61,778 nt of DNA. Source: a virus. Taxonomy: Duplodnaviria > Heunggongvirae > Uroviricota > Caudoviricetes. Shown here piece by piece: positions 9,865-20,541 of this stretch (position 1 is the stretch's first letter; each line of letters begins with the position of its first letter). The position numbers and the translations under genes are program-made. The stretch lies in IMG/VR virus record IMGVR_UViG_2778261381_000005. One strand, 5' to 3'. The notes below the pieces were generated by a model. The model was not told the origin of the DNA, did no database searches, and saw only the letters and a list, made by a program, of their open reading frames with translations.

Positions 9865-11777
9865 AGTTTTTAAAGCTCCAGGTTGAGAATTTTATGGCTA
9901 TCGCCAGCGCGGAGGTCGAGTTAGATCAGCGTGGTTTAGTGCTTATTCAGGGTGTTAATAGTGATGATAGTTCCGCATCAAGTAATGGCTCTGGAAAGTC
10001 AACTCTAATGAATAGCCTGATGTGGTGTCTTTATGGCGAAACAGCTCATGGTGTGAAGGGTGACGATGTGTTGTCTACCGACCATGAAAAGAACTGTCGT
10101 GTTGCAGTAACCATCGAGGATGAAGGCAAGAGATACGCAATCATTCGTCACCGTAAACACAAAGAGTTCAAAAATCGTCTTATCGTTCGTGGTGAAGATG
10201 GCGATATGACGAAAGGCAAAGATGCGCTGACGCAGGAGTTCGTCGAGCGTCTGATCGGTGCATCTAAAGAGGTTTTCATGGCTTCCATCTATGCGAGCCA
10301 AGAAGCTATGCCAGATTTACCTGGAATGTCCGACAAAAACCTCAAAACCATCGTAGAAGAAGCCGCTGGCGTTGACAGACTGACACGCGCCTACGCTATT
10401 GCTCGTGAGCGAGCTAATGCAGCTGCCGCACGTATGGATGTGGTTAAAACCAAATTGGAGTCGACAATCTCGACCATTGAGGCAACACAGTCAGAAATTG
10501 AGTCAGCGAAAGCCTCCTCTGAATCATGGGAGCAAGAGCGTTCTAAACGTTATGACGATGCCCTGGCTGGGCTGGCCAGTGCCGAAGTTGAGTTAACGGA
10601 AGTTGAACTTGAGATCCGCACTCTTCCCGAACAGATACGTGATACCGAGAAGGCAATCGAAAGTGAGCGCAAAAAGTTAGCCTCAAAAGAAGAACATGAC
10701 GCCAAGTTGCTCAAAGTTCGTGGTGCGATAACTGATATTCGGGCAAGCATCAAAGCTACAGAAAATAGTCAGGCTGATGCAATGAGCCGCGCGCGCAATT
10801 TTAAGACCAAAGCAGAAGAGGTTGGTACTAAAGTAGGATCACCATGCCCTACTTGTGGCAAAGCCTACTGCGAAGAAGATCTATCAACGGTGAAGGAGAA
10901 TTTCATTGAACAAGCACGTCAGGAAATTGGTCAGGCGAAGACACTTGCAGAGGCAATGGCTAAACACAAAACGAATCTTGAGAAAGCGTTAAGCATTGAG
11001 TCTGCCCTTGTTAAAACGACACCTGATGTAACGGCTATCATTGCCCGGATTGAAGAGCTTACGAAACAACTCTCATCTTTGCGTCATCGTGAGAAGGAGG
11101 TTGTTGCTATTGAGTCTCTTGTGACTCGTGCTCGTACTGAGGTCGATCGTATATCAAAAGAGATTAATCCGTTTATTGCTCTTATCGCCAGACACGAAGA
11201 TAACTTGGTATCCAGTAAGTCTACCTTCAAGTCCTTAAAAGATGAGTTGAAGGCTATTCAGGAACAAACGTTGCTATTGGAAAAAGCTCGTCAGGTCTAC
11301 TCTCCTGCCGGGGTGCGTTCTCATATTTTGACGTCTGTTACGCCTTTCCTGAATACACGCACTGCCGAGTATCTCAATACGTTGTCTGACGGGAATATTA
11401 CTGCTGAGTGGTCGACGATGGATGTCACTAAAAAAGGTGAGTATCGCGACAAATTCAACATTAGTGTGCAGAAGAAAGGTTCAAGTAAGTCGTTCCAGAC
11501 CCTCTCTGGTGGTGAGAAGCGGAAGGTTCGCATTGCGTGTTCTTTGGCATTGCAGGATCTGGTTAGTAACCGGGCGAGTAAAAACATCGATTTGTTTATC
11601 GGCGACGAAATTGACGATGCACTCGATACAGCCGGTCTTGAACGCCTCATGGGTATTCTGGAGTCCAAAGCTCGCGAGCGAGGTACTGTGCTGATTATCT
11701 CCCATAAAGAGATGAAGTCATGGTTCCGGGAAACTATTACGCTGGAAGTTAAAGAGGGGCGCAGCTATGTCGTTTAA
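9861..11777 (+). CDS. sbcC: SbcC/Rad50-like ATPase
   Basis: Walker A NGSGKST, central coiled-coil with CPTCGK zinc hook, signature SGGEKRK, Walker B IGDEIDDALD. Confidence 0.8.
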   Translation: MKFLKLQVENFMAIASAEVELDQRGLVLIQGVNSDDSSASSNGSGKSTLMNSLMWCLYGETAHGVKGDDVLSTDHEKNCRVAVTIEDEGKRYAIIRHRKHKEFKNRLIVRGEDGDMTKGKDALTQEFVERLIGASKEVFMASIYASQEAMPDLPGMSDKNLKTIVEEAAGVDRLTRAYAIARERANAAAARMDVVKTKLESTISTIEATQSEIESAKASSESWEQERSKRYDDALAGLASAEVELTEVELEIRTLPEQIRDTEKAIESERKKLASKEEHDAKLLKVRGAITDIRASIKATENSQADAMSRARNFKTKAEEVGTKVGSPCPTCGKAYCEEDLSTVKENFIEQARQEIGQAKTLAEAMAKHKTNLEKALSIESALVKTTPDVTAIIARIEELTKQLSSLRHREKEVVAIESLVTRARTEVDRISKEINPFIALIARHEDNLVSSKSTFKSLKDELKAIQEQTLLLEKARQVYSPAGVRSHILTSVTPFLNTRTAEYLNTLSDGNITAEWSTMDVTKKGEYRDKFNISVQKKGSSKSFQTLSGGEKRKVRIACSLALQDLVSNRASKNIDLFIGDEIDDALDTAGLERLMGILESKARERGTVLIISHKEMKSWFRETITLEVKEGRSYVV

Positions 11778-12510
11778 ATTAAGCCGCTCGCAGTTTTTGC
11801 AGGTATTTGCAGTGATGCAGTCGATAAAACTGATCAATGGGCATACTTCCAATGGTGCGGCTCCACGTATTCTGTGGGGCAGCAACAATATTGACGGAGT
11901 ACAATTCGCCGCGTTGCTTGGTCTAATATCCGAGACGCCATTGATGCAAAGTTTGAAATCACTACCACCTGGATGTATTGCGCCGATCCTGATTAATCCT
12001 TTTGTTGAGGGGGGATATCTTCCCAACGTCGGGCCTGGGTTTATTGCATCCCATGAAACTGAAGATCTTAACATTAATAGCGAAGGGTTCTTTGGGGGAA
12101 TGGGTGCGCATCACTGTATGGCTTTCACGAACCTTATTCGACTTGCCAATAAGCGGGTGGATAGTTTGGCATCGCCAGGTGATGCTTTTACTGGTTTCCT
12201 TATCCAAAGGAGGGATAAAAAGTACAGTGCGGACAAACTACAGTTTGTTGGTAAGTATGGAGAAATGGTAGAAATCGAACTTCAGCTCCCTCATGTTTTA
12301 GCAAACGATAGTGCAGACAGTCGGAGGCTATTGGGCATCATGCGTCATTTCATAGCAAGTGGTGTTAAACATGCCGCAGATAAACGTGTCACGCAGGAAA
12401 ATGAGTATTCAGACTTTGCAAACTATCCCCAACCAACGTTGCAAACGGCAATAGTAGCCAATTCGTTGGAGGCGAGATTATTGGAAAACCCTATATGGGG
12501 AACATGGTAA
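11767..12510 (+). CDS. hypothetical protein
   Basis: ORF overlapping sbcC stop. Confidence 0.5.
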   Translation: MSFKLSRSQFLQVFAVMQSIKLINGHTSNGAAPRILWGSNNIDGVQFAALLGLISETPLMQSLKSLPPGCIAPILINPFVEGGYLPNVGPGFIASHETEDLNINSEGFFGGMGAHHCMAFTNLIRLANKRVDSLASPGDAFTGFLIQRRDKKYSADKLQFVGKYGEMVEIELQLPHVLANDSADSRRLLGIMRHFIASGVKHAADKRVTQENEYSDFANYPQPTLQTAIVANSLEARLLENPIWGTW

Positions 12511-12519
12511 GGAGACTAT

Positions 12520-13089
12520 ATGAGTAAAAAAATCAGCGTAGTTGGTGTTGATCCCTCTATGAGCAACTTTGGGCTTGCTGTGGGCACTTTAGACCTTGAA
12601 ACGGACGAACTTGAGATTCACGGCCTTACTCTTGTTGAGACTAAAGCGGGGAGTAACAAAAAGACCGTTCGTGTGAACAGTGACGATCTGCGCCGCGCCA
12701 GTGAAATATGGCGTGTTGCGAAGCCAATCATTGATAAGGCAAATATGGTTTTTTGTGAGCTACCGGTTGGGAGCCAAAACTCTCGTTCGCAGACGTCTTA
12801 CGGTATTTGTATCGGTGTACTTGCGTGTGTGGATAAGCCATTGATCCAGGTTACTCCAAACGAAATCAAGCATTTTGTCGGCAATAAACTTACTACATCG
12901 AAAGAAGAGATTATCCAGTGGGCTACGAAAAAACACCCTAAAGCACCGTGGCTGCGTCGTAAGCAATCTGGACAGGATGTTCTCGTGAACAAAAACGAAC
13001 ATTTGGCTGATGCGGTGGCTGCCATCCATACCGGTATGCAAACAGATCAGTTCCGCCAGGTGCGCGATGTTCTTAAGTCTCTCATTTGA
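12520..13089 (+). CDS. RuvC-like Holliday junction resolvase
   Basis: N-terminal VVGVDPSMSNFGLAV and conserved acidic residues (FCELP, HLADAV). Confidence 0.6.
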   Translation: MSKKISVVGVDPSMSNFGLAVGTLDLETDELEIHGLTLVETKAGSNKKTVRVNSDDLRRASEIWRVAKPIIDKANMVFCELPVGSQNSRSQTSYGICIGVLACVDKPLIQVTPNEIKHFVGNKLTTSKEEIIQWATKKHPKAPWLRRKQSGQDVLVNKNEHLADAVAAIHTGMQTDQFRQVRDVLKSLI

Positions 13090-13096
13090 TTTCATT

Positions 13097-13118
13097 GATA
13101 GGTAAGTACTTATCTATT
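13097..13118. promoter_or_regulatory. intergenic palindrome ATAGGTAAGTAnTTAcCTAT (motif 2)
   Basis: gataggtaagtacttatctatt; recurs in at least 12 intergenic positions. Confidence 0.4.
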
Positions 13119-13162
13119 AACATGGGCCACTATATTTAGTGGCCCTCTTTATTTGGTGATAC

Positions 13163-15478
13163 ATGATAAGCATCGTAAAACGTAACGGCCAAACAGAGCC
13201 GTTATCCGAAGAAAAATACAACCGCGTCGTAATGTATGGCGTAGAAGGCATTCGTGGTGTAAGCGCATCCGCTGTAGCAATGGGAGCTGCGGCCAGCATT
13301 TTTGATGGGATTACCACCAGCCAGTTGCATGAGGCTTTGGTTAAATCTGCCGCTGATTTGATCTCACCAGAAGCACCAAATTACTCACAGGTGGCTGCCC
13401 GCCTGAACATTTTTAAAATCCGCAAAGATGCCTTCGGTCGTTACGACTATCCGAACTTCTACCAACACATTGTCAAGAACGTTAACAAGGGCGTTTATGA
13501 CAAGGATTTGCTGACACATTATTCGTTTGAAGAGATCGAAGAACTCGGCAATTACATTAAGCCGAAACGTGACGATCTTTTTGGCTATGCAGCTACGGTG
13601 CAGTTGCAAAGCAAATACCTCGTTCAAAACCGTGTTACTGGTGAGATTCACGAAGGCCCGCAACATATCTATATGCTGGTGGGCATGTGTCTGTTCCAGA
13701 ATTGGGAAGACGACTGCGCGGGCAAAACACGTATGGAGATGGTCAAAGGTTTCTATGACGTTACAAGTACGTTCAAACTGTCTCTGCCCACACCAATCAT
13801 GGCTGGCGTCCGTACTCCAACCCGTCAGTTCTCCAGTTGTGTGCTGATTGAGTCTGGCGATAGTCTGAAAGGGATTAGTGCAGCTTCAGCCGCAATTATC
13901 GACTACGTTTCACGTCGTGCTGGAATTGGTATTGGTTTTGGCCGTATCCGTGCGCTGGGCAGTGAGATCCGCAATGGTGAAGCCACCCATACCGGAGTTA
14001 TTCCATTCCTGAAGCATTTCCAGACTGCTGTTAAATCTTGCTCGCAAGGTGGTGTTCGTGGTGGCGCAGCAACAGCGTTTTACCCGATCTGGCATCTTGA
14101 AGTTGAAAGTCTGCTGGTGGTGAAAAATAACCGTGGTATTGATGAAAACCGCGTTCGCCATCTTGATTACGGCGTCATGAGTAACCGTCTAATGTACCGT
14201 CGACTCGTCAGAAGCGAGAACATCACTCTGTTCAGCCCGCATGATGTGCCTGATATGTACGAAGCCTTCTTCACAGACCAGGATCTGTTTGAAAAGCTGT
14301 ACCATAAATACGAAGCCGATGATTCAATTCGCAAGAAGTCAGTACCTGCCATTGAGCTGTTCTCATCTCTGATGCAGGAACGAGCGTCCACGGGCCGAAT
14401 TTATATTGCGAACGTCGATCATATTAATGAGCATGGCGCTTTCATTCCTGCTCTTGCACCTGTCCGCCAGTCAAACCTGTGCATGGAGATCACTCTACCC
14501 ACTCGTCCACTGGCATTTACCGACGACCCGAACGGTGAGATCGCGCTATGCACTTTATCCGCTTTTAACCTCGGAGCCATCCGTTCACTGGAGTCTCTTA
14601 AAGAGGTGGCGTTCTATGCCGTTGCTGCACTGGATTCGTTACTGGATTATCAAGACTATCCGATGGAGGCAGCCGAAGTGCCTGCCAAAGCTCGTCGTAG
14701 CTTGGGAATTGGTGTAACCAACTTTGCTTATTACCTGGCAAAGAATGGCGTTCGTTATTCTGATACCGCTGGCAATAAACTGGTGCATGAAACGTTCGAA
14801 GCTATCCAGTATTACCTTCTTGATGCCAGCTGCCGACTTGCTGAAGCAAAAGGTGAGTGTGACTGGTTTGAGCAGACCAAGTACGCAATTGGTCAGTTGC
14901 CGATCGACCATTACCGTTCTTCATTAGACGAAAGTGGCGAAACCAACTTTGAGTTAAAGATGCCGTGGGAAGAACTGCGTGAACGTATTGCAAAATACGG
15001 CCTTCGCAACTCCACACTGACGGCACAAATGCCATGCGAGACTTCCAGCCAGATCACTAATTCCACCAACGGCATCGAACCGCCTCGTGGCCCGGTGTCG
15101 GTGAAATCTTCTAAGGACGGCATCGTTAAGATGGTCGTGCCTGAGTTTGAAAAACTGAAGGAACAGTATGAATACCTGTGGGATATGCCGGACAACCGCG
15201 GCTATCTGACAAAGGTGGCGATCATCCAGAAGTTCTTTGACCAGGCTATTTCAGCCAATACCAACTATGACCCTTCTCGCTTTGAAGGCGATAAAGTCCC
15301 AATGATGACGCTACTGTCAGATTTGCTTCTCGCCTACAAGATGGGAGTTAAAACGCTTTACTACCACAACACCAGAGATGGGGCAGGAAAGCGTGATGAC
15401 GACGAACCGCAGAATCCACTGACGCAAGCTGTAGCCGTCGAGCCAGAAGATGAGTGCGACGGAGCCTGCAAAATCTGA
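13163..15478 (+). CDS. nrdA: ribonucleotide reductase class Ia alpha subunit
   Basis: N-terminal ATP-cone-like region; motifs SCVLIES, NLCMEI, PCETSSQ; size 771 aa. Confidence 0.9.
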   Translation: MISIVKRNGQTEPLSEEKYNRVVMYGVEGIRGVSASAVAMGAAASIFDGITTSQLHEALVKSAADLISPEAPNYSQVAARLNIFKIRKDAFGRYDYPNFYQHIVKNVNKGVYDKDLLTHYSFEEIEELGNYIKPKRDDLFGYAATVQLQSKYLVQNRVTGEIHEGPQHIYMLVGMCLFQNWEDDCAGKTRMEMVKGFYDVTSTFKLSLPTPIMAGVRTPTRQFSSCVLIESGDSLKGISAASAAIIDYVSRRAGIGIGFGRIRALGSEIRNGEATHTGVIPFLKHFQTAVKSCSQGGVRGGAATAFYPIWHLEVESLLVVKNNRGIDENRVRHLDYGVMSNRLMYRRLVRSENITLFSPHDVPDMYEAFFTDQDLFEKLYHKYEADDSIRKKSVPAIELFSSLMQERASTGRIYIANVDHINEHGAFIPALAPVRQSNLCMEITLPTRPLAFTDDPNGEIALCTLSAFNLGAIRSLESLKEVAFYAVAALDSLLDYQDYPMEAAEVPAKARRSLGIGVTNFAYYLAKNGVRYSDTAGNKLVHETFEAIQYYLLDASCRLAEAKGECDWFEQTKYAIGQLPIDHYRSSLDESGETNFELKMPWEELRERIAKYGLRNSTLTAQMPCETSSQITNSTNGIEPPRGPVSVKSSKDGIVKMVVPEFEKLKEQYEYLWDMPDNRGYLTKVAIIQKFFDQAISANTNYDPSRFEGDKVPMMTLLSDLLLAYKMGVKTLYYHNTRDGAGKRDDDEPQNPLTQAVAVEPEDECDGACKI

Positions 15479-15536
15479 CATATGGTGGGGGATATCCCCA
15501 CCTTCTCTTTGATTTGTAAGCCTTGTTTAAACACAT

Positions 15537-15558
15537 AAGATAACAACTTGTTTAAACG
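15537..15558 (+). promoter_or_regulatory. motif 1 palindrome upstream of nrdB
   Basis: agataacaacttgtttaaacg followed by leader aaaaaggaaaaacacATG. Confidence 0.45.
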
Positions 15559-15584
15559 CACCAAAAAAGAAAAAGGAAAAACAC

Positions 15585-16727
15585 ATGTCATATTCAACGT
15601 TCCGTTTGGGTGCTAATGATGCAACCAAAGAGCCTATGTTCCTCGGACAATCTGTCAACGTGGCACGTTACGATCAGCAAAAATACCGTGATTTTGAAAA
15701 GTTGATTGAACGTCAATTGTCTTTCTTCTGGCGGCCGGAAGAAGTTGATATTTCGAGCGATCGTATCGACTTCAACACGAAGCTGCGGGACCACGAACGT
15801 CACATTTTTCTGAGCAATCTCCGTTATCAAACGTTACTCGATTCAGTTCAGGGACGTAGCCCAAATGCAACGCTGCTGCCGCTTATCTCTATTCCTGAAC
15901 TGGAAACGTGGGTTGAAACATGGTCTTTCTCTGAGACTATCCATAGCCGCAGCTACACCCACATTATTCGTGGCATGGTGGACGATCCGAGTATTGTTTT
16001 TGACGGTATTGTTACGGATGAAGAAATCATCAACCGAGCGATCAGTATCTCTGCTGAATATGACAGGCTTTATAGGATGACCTGCGAGCGCCAGTCGTTA
16101 GGTGAGAAAGAGTTTGAACGTCTGTACGTAAATGAATATGGCTGGGAGCCATACCCTTTGCACCGTCAGCTTTTCCGCACGTTGGTGTCCATTAATGCGC
16201 TTGAGGCGATCCGTTTCTATGTAAGTTTTGCATGTACGTTTGCCTTTGGCGAACGGAAGTTGCTTGAGGGTAACACCAAAATTATGCGCTTTATTGCCCG
16301 TGATGAAGCTCTGCATTGCGAAGGAACTGAACGCATGATCCGCTTCATGCGTACCGGTCGCGAAGGTTTATTGTGGAAAGAGATTGCTGCTGATGAAGAA
16401 AACGTCATTTACGACACCATGAAATCAGTCGCCGAACAAGAAATGAACTGGGCAGACTATCTCTTCAAAGACGGTTCGATGATTGGTTTAAACGCGGATA
16501 TTCTGAAGACCTATGTAAAATACCGCACCAATCTGGCTATGAATCGTCTTGGCCTGAAGGCTTTATTTCCAGAAGTTACCACAGATCCGCTGGTCTGGAT
16601 GAACAAGTGGTTGTTAACCGACACACTGCAAATTGCACCACAAGAGGCAGAGCAAAGCACATATCTGGTAGGTCAGATCGATTCTACCGTGGACAAGGCT
16701 TCTCTAAGCCAGTTTGCAGACCTGTAA
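15585..16727 (+). CDS. nrdB: ribonucleotide reductase class Ia beta subunit
   Basis: 380 aa directly after nrdA; di-iron ligand-like E/H pattern ([18 protein letters not shown]). Confidence 0.85.
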   Translation: MSYSTFRLGANDATKEPMFLGQSVNVARYDQQKYRDFEKLIERQLSFFWRPEEVDISSDRIDFNTKLRDHERHIFLSNLRYQTLLDSVQGRSPNATLLPLISIPELETWVETWSFSETIHSRSYTHIIRGMVDDPSIVFDGIVTDEEIINRAISISAEYDRLYRMTCERQSLGEKEFERLYVNEYGWEPYPLHRQLFRTLVSINALEAIRFYVSFACTFAFGERKLLEGNTKIMRFIARDEALHCEGTERMIRFMRTGREGLLWKEIAADEENVIYDTMKSVAEQEMNWADYLFKDGSMIGLNADILKTYVKYRTNLAMNRLGLKALFPEVTTDPLVWMNKWLLTDTLQIAPQEAEQSTYLVGQIDSTVDKASLSQFADL

Positions 16728-16804
16728 ACCGATACAAAGCATTATGTGGCCTGGCAACGCTGGGCCACAATGGATCACAAGAATTAAGAAGGAACAAAAC
16801 TAGC

Positions 16805-17674
16805 ATGAACTTTACCAAACTGACTGACCACCTGAAACTTGCCACCGATCGACTCATTGGATTTAAGCCAGAACCATATGAGTTGCATGAAGGTCATGGT
16901 GTAGCTACTGAAAGTATTTACAAGATGGTCGATCAGTTTCATGAACTCTTCCAGCATCCGAGACGCGTTATGCCGACACCAGAGCTGCTTCGTCTCCGTG
17001 CAAGCCTGATTCATGAAGAAGCTGTAGTGGAAGGTATTCCAGCCGCAATGAATGGGGATATTGAGCAACTGCTGGATGCAATGGCCGACTTTTTATACGT
17101 TGGTGTTGGTACGATGGTCGCCATCAAAGGTGGTATTTCTACCGGCATGACCTATTACACGCAGGAACAGAGCATTGATCGCTTTATGCAGACAATTTTT
17201 GTGCCCGGTAACACTGTTTTCGATGATATGGCAATGCCATTTCAGGAAGCTCGTGAGGCGTCATGTATGCTCGAAGAGCTGGCAGATAAACTTGAGAAGA
17301 AGACTGTTAAGGATTCTGAGCTGATTCAGGAACTGCGCCGTGTAATGAACAAAATCTATGTGGCGTGCATGATGACTTATCGACTGGCTGATTTCCTCGG
17401 TATCAATGTCGTCGAGCTGGTTGGCGAAATTCATCGGTCTAACATGACAAAATTATGGCCTGCTGATGTTGAGGAACGTCGCCAGGCTGTGGCCAACTGC
17501 AAATACGACTCTTCAGATCTGGGATTCCGCCATGCTGATGGCACCGATAAGATGATCGGTTTTCGAATTTCCGATGGAAAGATTCTGAAGTCTCCAACCT
17601 ATAGTGATGTCGATTTATCCTCCTTTGTTGAGCAAGCTAAAGCCTCAGCAATGTACGGAATGATCAAAAAATAA
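16805..17674 (+). CDS. hypothetical protein, possibly MazG-like nucleotide pyrophosphohydrolase
   Basis: RBS aagaaggaa before ATG at 16805 (ORF-track start at 16607 overlaps nrdB and is rejected); EExxE-like acidic helices. Confidence 0.45.
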   Translation: MNFTKLTDHLKLATDRLIGFKPEPYELHEGHGVATESIYKMVDQFHELFQHPRRVMPTPELLRLRASLIHEEAVVEGIPAAMNGDIEQLLDAMADFLYVGVGTMVAIKGGISTGMTYYTQEQSIDRFMQTIFVPGNTVFDDMAMPFQEAREASCMLEELADKLEKKTVKDSELIQELRRVMNKIYVACMMTYRLADFLGINVVELVGEIHRSNMTKLWPADVEERRQAVANCKYDSSDLGFRHADGTDKMIGFRISDGKILKSPTYSDVDLSSFVEQAKASAMYGMIKK

Positions 17675-17742
17675 TTGTAGGTAGTTATCTATCTGTGTAT
17701 ATTTAACATGCGTAATAAAACTCTGGAATGACTATTCGTTTT

Positions 17743-17767
17743 GGTGGCCTATGGCCACCATTTTTTT
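17743..17767 (+). terminator. rho-independent terminator
   Basis: GGTGGCC tat GGCCACC followed by TTTTTTT. Confidence 0.65.
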
Positions 17768-17844
17768 ATCTGTCTGGTCTTGTTCTCTCAATGAATGTAA
17801 ACTCACACGATGAATAAGTAATTACTTATCTTTGTGAGGTTTTT

Positions 17845-18948
17845 GTGTCACTCCTTTTGAATCGAGAGCATACGAACGGTCAGGTAACAAACGCATCGTA
17901 TGCAAAAGTTATTGAGACGGTGCTTAAAAGCGGCGTGCAGGCTGATGATCGCACAGGCACTGGTACTTTAAGCACCTGCTACGTTCCCTCTTACTACATG
18001 CTTACTGGTGGGACTGTGCCGCTTATTTCTGGAAAGGCGGTAAATCTTAAGCCACTACTTGTCGAACTTGAGTGGTATCTGAAAGGCACGGGCAACATCC
18101 AATTTCTCAAGGATAACGGCGTTAAGATTTGGGATGCATGGGCCGATGAGAATGGCGATTTGGGGCCGGTTTACGGTAAGCAGTGGCGTCGATGGGAAGA
18201 TACCCGCATCGTGAGCCATAGTGAATATCTGAGCAAGATCGCTACTTTCCGTGAACGCGGGTACAAAGTCGAGGGATACCTGGGTATCAGTGAAGATCGC
18301 GTAGTGCTGTCCCGTGAAATCGATCAGCTACAGCGTATTGTCGATACACTGCGCACGAACCCTACCGATCGTCGCATCATGCTTAACGCATGGAACGTAG
18401 GCGAGCTTGAGGATATGAAACTGCCACCTTGCCACTTTGTCTTCTCTTTGTGGAGTCGTGAGCTGGATTTTGAAACCCGTTTAACGATGGCAACTGACAT
18501 TGGTCTTCAACACAGTCGCCTCGGTTACGAGTCTATCTACACCAAGATGCTATACGATCTGGAGATGGACGGCAGTGTTACTGAAGCTGAACTGGATGAA
18601 CTTGGAATCCCCAAACGCATCCTCAACTCCTGCCTCGTACAGCGTAGCGTAGACACTTTTGTTGGTATGCCATTCAATATTGCTGGCTATGGCATTCTCA
18701 CTCATTTTCTCGCGAAGATTACGGGTCACATGGCCGGTGCATTTGTGCATTTTGGCTTTGACGTGCATTTGTACAACAACCACATGGAAGGTGTGTGTGA
18801 GCTAATGAAACGACAGGCTCCAGAGCATTCAGATCCGGTCGTTATTTTCCCTCATGAATGGTCAGAGTTGGATGATTTCAAATGGGACGAGGTTTTAATT
18901 CTTGGCTATGACCCTCTACCGTGGATCAAGGTTCCAGTGGCGGTGTGA
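17845..18948 (+). CDS. thyA: thymidylate synthase (ThyA family) with two internal insertions
   Basis: DRTGTGT, IWDAWADENGDLGPVYGKQWR, RRIMLNAWNVGEL, LPPCH, QRSVD, PFNIAGY, HLYNNH, GYDPLPWIKVPVAV. Confidence 0.85.
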   Translation: MSLLLNREHTNGQVTNASYAKVIETVLKSGVQADDRTGTGTLSTCYVPSYYMLTGGTVPLISGKAVNLKPLLVELEWYLKGTGNIQFLKDNGVKIWDAWADENGDLGPVYGKQWRRWEDTRIVSHSEYLSKIATFRERGYKVEGYLGISEDRVVLSREIDQLQRIVDTLRTNPTDRRIMLNAWNVGELEDMKLPPCHFVFSLWSRELDFETRLTMATDIGLQHSRLGYESIYTKMLYDLEMDGSVTEAELDELGIPKRILNSCLVQRSVDTFVGMPFNIAGYGILTHFLAKITGHMAGAFVHFGFDVHLYNNHMEGVCELMKRQAPEHSDPVVIFPHEWSELDDFKWDEVLILGYDPLPWIKVPVAV

Positions 18949-18949
18949 T

Positions 18950-19363
18950 ATGGCAAGAGGTATGTATGTCTTATGCGAAATTGAAGGTGTGCTGGCAAAT
19001 GCCAGCCATCGTAAATCAGTATCTGACGCGGATGCAGGCCAGCTCATTGCCGGTGATGAACTCATTTTCCCCACCAGCCGTATGTTGCGTGGTTTTGCTC
19101 GCTCAGGGGCTGAAGTGGTGCTTATCAGTAGCCGCTCTGAAACTCTTGAAGCGCCAACTAAACGATGGCTGAAAGATTTTGGCGTTGATTATGACTGGCT
19201 TCATCTCGTACCGAATGGCACCAGTTATGAGAAGCATATTAAGCGCACATTAGCGGAGCATAAAGGCGATCTGCTTATCGCTGCGCTGGTGCACGATCCT
19301 CGACTCCGTGCCGCTTTAGCCGACTCTCACCATCGACCGGTCATCTATGAGGTGAGCAAATGA
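18950..19363 (+). CDS. hypothetical protein
   Basis: ATG 2 nt after thyA stop; overlaps DHFR start. Confidence 0.45.
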   Translation: MARGMYVLCEIEGVLANASHRKSVSDADAGQLIAGDELIFPTSRMLRGFARSGAEVVLISSRSETLEAPTKRWLKDFGVDYDWLHLVPNGTSYEKHIKRTLAEHKGDLLIAALVHDPRLRAALADSHHRPVIYEVSK

Positions 19364-19836
19364 AGATGATCGCTGCTGTTGGCCGTAACTATGAGATCGG
19401 CATAGCGAACGAACTGCCCTGGCGTTGTTCTACCGATCTGAAGCTATTTAAGAGACTCACCAAAAACGCCACTGTCGTTATGGGGCGTAAAACGATGGAA
19501 AGTCTCAAACGCCCTCTTCCAGAGCGTCATAACCTCGTTTTGACGCGCTCTCATGGCTTTGTACCAAATGGATTCTACCCTGCTGGTGTGGATGATGTGT
19601 TGCGATTACCAGAGCCTGTGTGGGTGATTGGCGGGGAACAAATTTACTCGCTATTCATGCCGCATGTTGAAGAGATTTGGCTCTCCCACATCGGCGTTGA
19701 TGTACCAAACGCCGATGCATTCTTCCCGGCAAGCATGATGCGTAACTTAGGCTTTGTGCCTGTTGAAACAGCTTATACCCAACGAGCCAGCGAGGAAGAG
19801 CCTGGCTTTTCGCAGATCGTATACAGAAGGTCGTAA
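19360..19836 (+). CDS. folA: dihydrofolate reductase
   Basis: IAAVGRNYEIG, LPW, VVMGRKT, VIGGEQIY motifs; 158 aa. Confidence 0.85.
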   Translation: MKMIAAVGRNYEIGIANELPWRCSTDLKLFKRLTKNATVVMGRKTMESLKRPLPERHNLVLTRSHGFVPNGFYPAGVDDVLRLPEPVWVIGGEQIYSLFMPHVEEIWLSHIGVDVPNADAFFPASMMRNLGFVPVETAYTQRASEEEPGFSQIVYRRS

Positions 19837-20480
19837 TGGATTACCGGATTGGGATCACTGGTGCTCAGGGCAGTGGGAAAACAACCCTGGCTAAATATAT
19901 CGACAAACATTACGGAATCCCTTACGTGGATGCTGGTGTCGGAAGTTTGATGAGCCGCCTCGGTGTTCGAGTAGGTGAGTCTATGCCTCTATATGAGCGG
20001 CTTCAGATTCAAATGGAAATAGCAAAGCATATAGAGCTACTTACACGTGGTGTTGAAGGCTTTGTTATCGATCGCACACCTGCTGATGTTATGGCCTACA
20101 CGTTGGATTTGGTCGGCCATACAAATGAAGATCGGTGTATTGAGTTAGCCCTCGATATCGAAAAGTTTTGCCACAAAACTGCTATTTCAAACTTTAACGC
20201 CATTGCTGGCCTACGCCCGGGGGTCGCTCTCTCAGAGCGAGATTACTTGCGATCACAACGAGCATCATTAGACCGTCTGTATGTCGCTCGTATTGATGCG
20301 TTGATGTGCGGGGAACTGACAAAAATTCACCTGCATCCGCAAAGGGGAGATCTGCAAACCTTCGTCGTTTCCAACCGATATCGCACGGTTGAAGCAAGAG
20401 CCAGATCAGTGATGAGAATGCTAGATAACGCTGTAGAAAAGATAGAAAACCGGTTCTGTGGCCGAGTAACCGTTCATTAG
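19836..20480 (+). CDS. P-loop nucleotide kinase-like protein
   Basis: Walker A GITGAQGSGKTT near N-terminus; position in nucleotide metabolism cluster. Confidence 0.5.
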   Translation: MDYRIGITGAQGSGKTTLAKYIDKHYGIPYVDAGVGSLMSRLGVRVGESMPLYERLQIQMEIAKHIELLTRGVEGFVIDRTPADVMAYTLDLVGHTNEDRCIELALDIEKFCHKTAISNFNAIAGLRPGVALSERDYLRSQRASLDRLYVARIDALMCGELTKIHLHPQRGDLQTFVVSNRYRTVEARARSVMRMLDNAVEKIENRFCGRVTVH

Positions 20481-20541
20481 AAATTGTTCGCCTCTTCGAC
20501 ATTGCGACAATAAAACTCTCAAAATGGGTTAAGGATAAAAA

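Noticed and set aside
10005-10301. Short antisense ORFs inside sbcC, nrdA, hsdR and other long genes
   Set aside because: They lie fully within stronger, motif-supported genes on the opposite strand.
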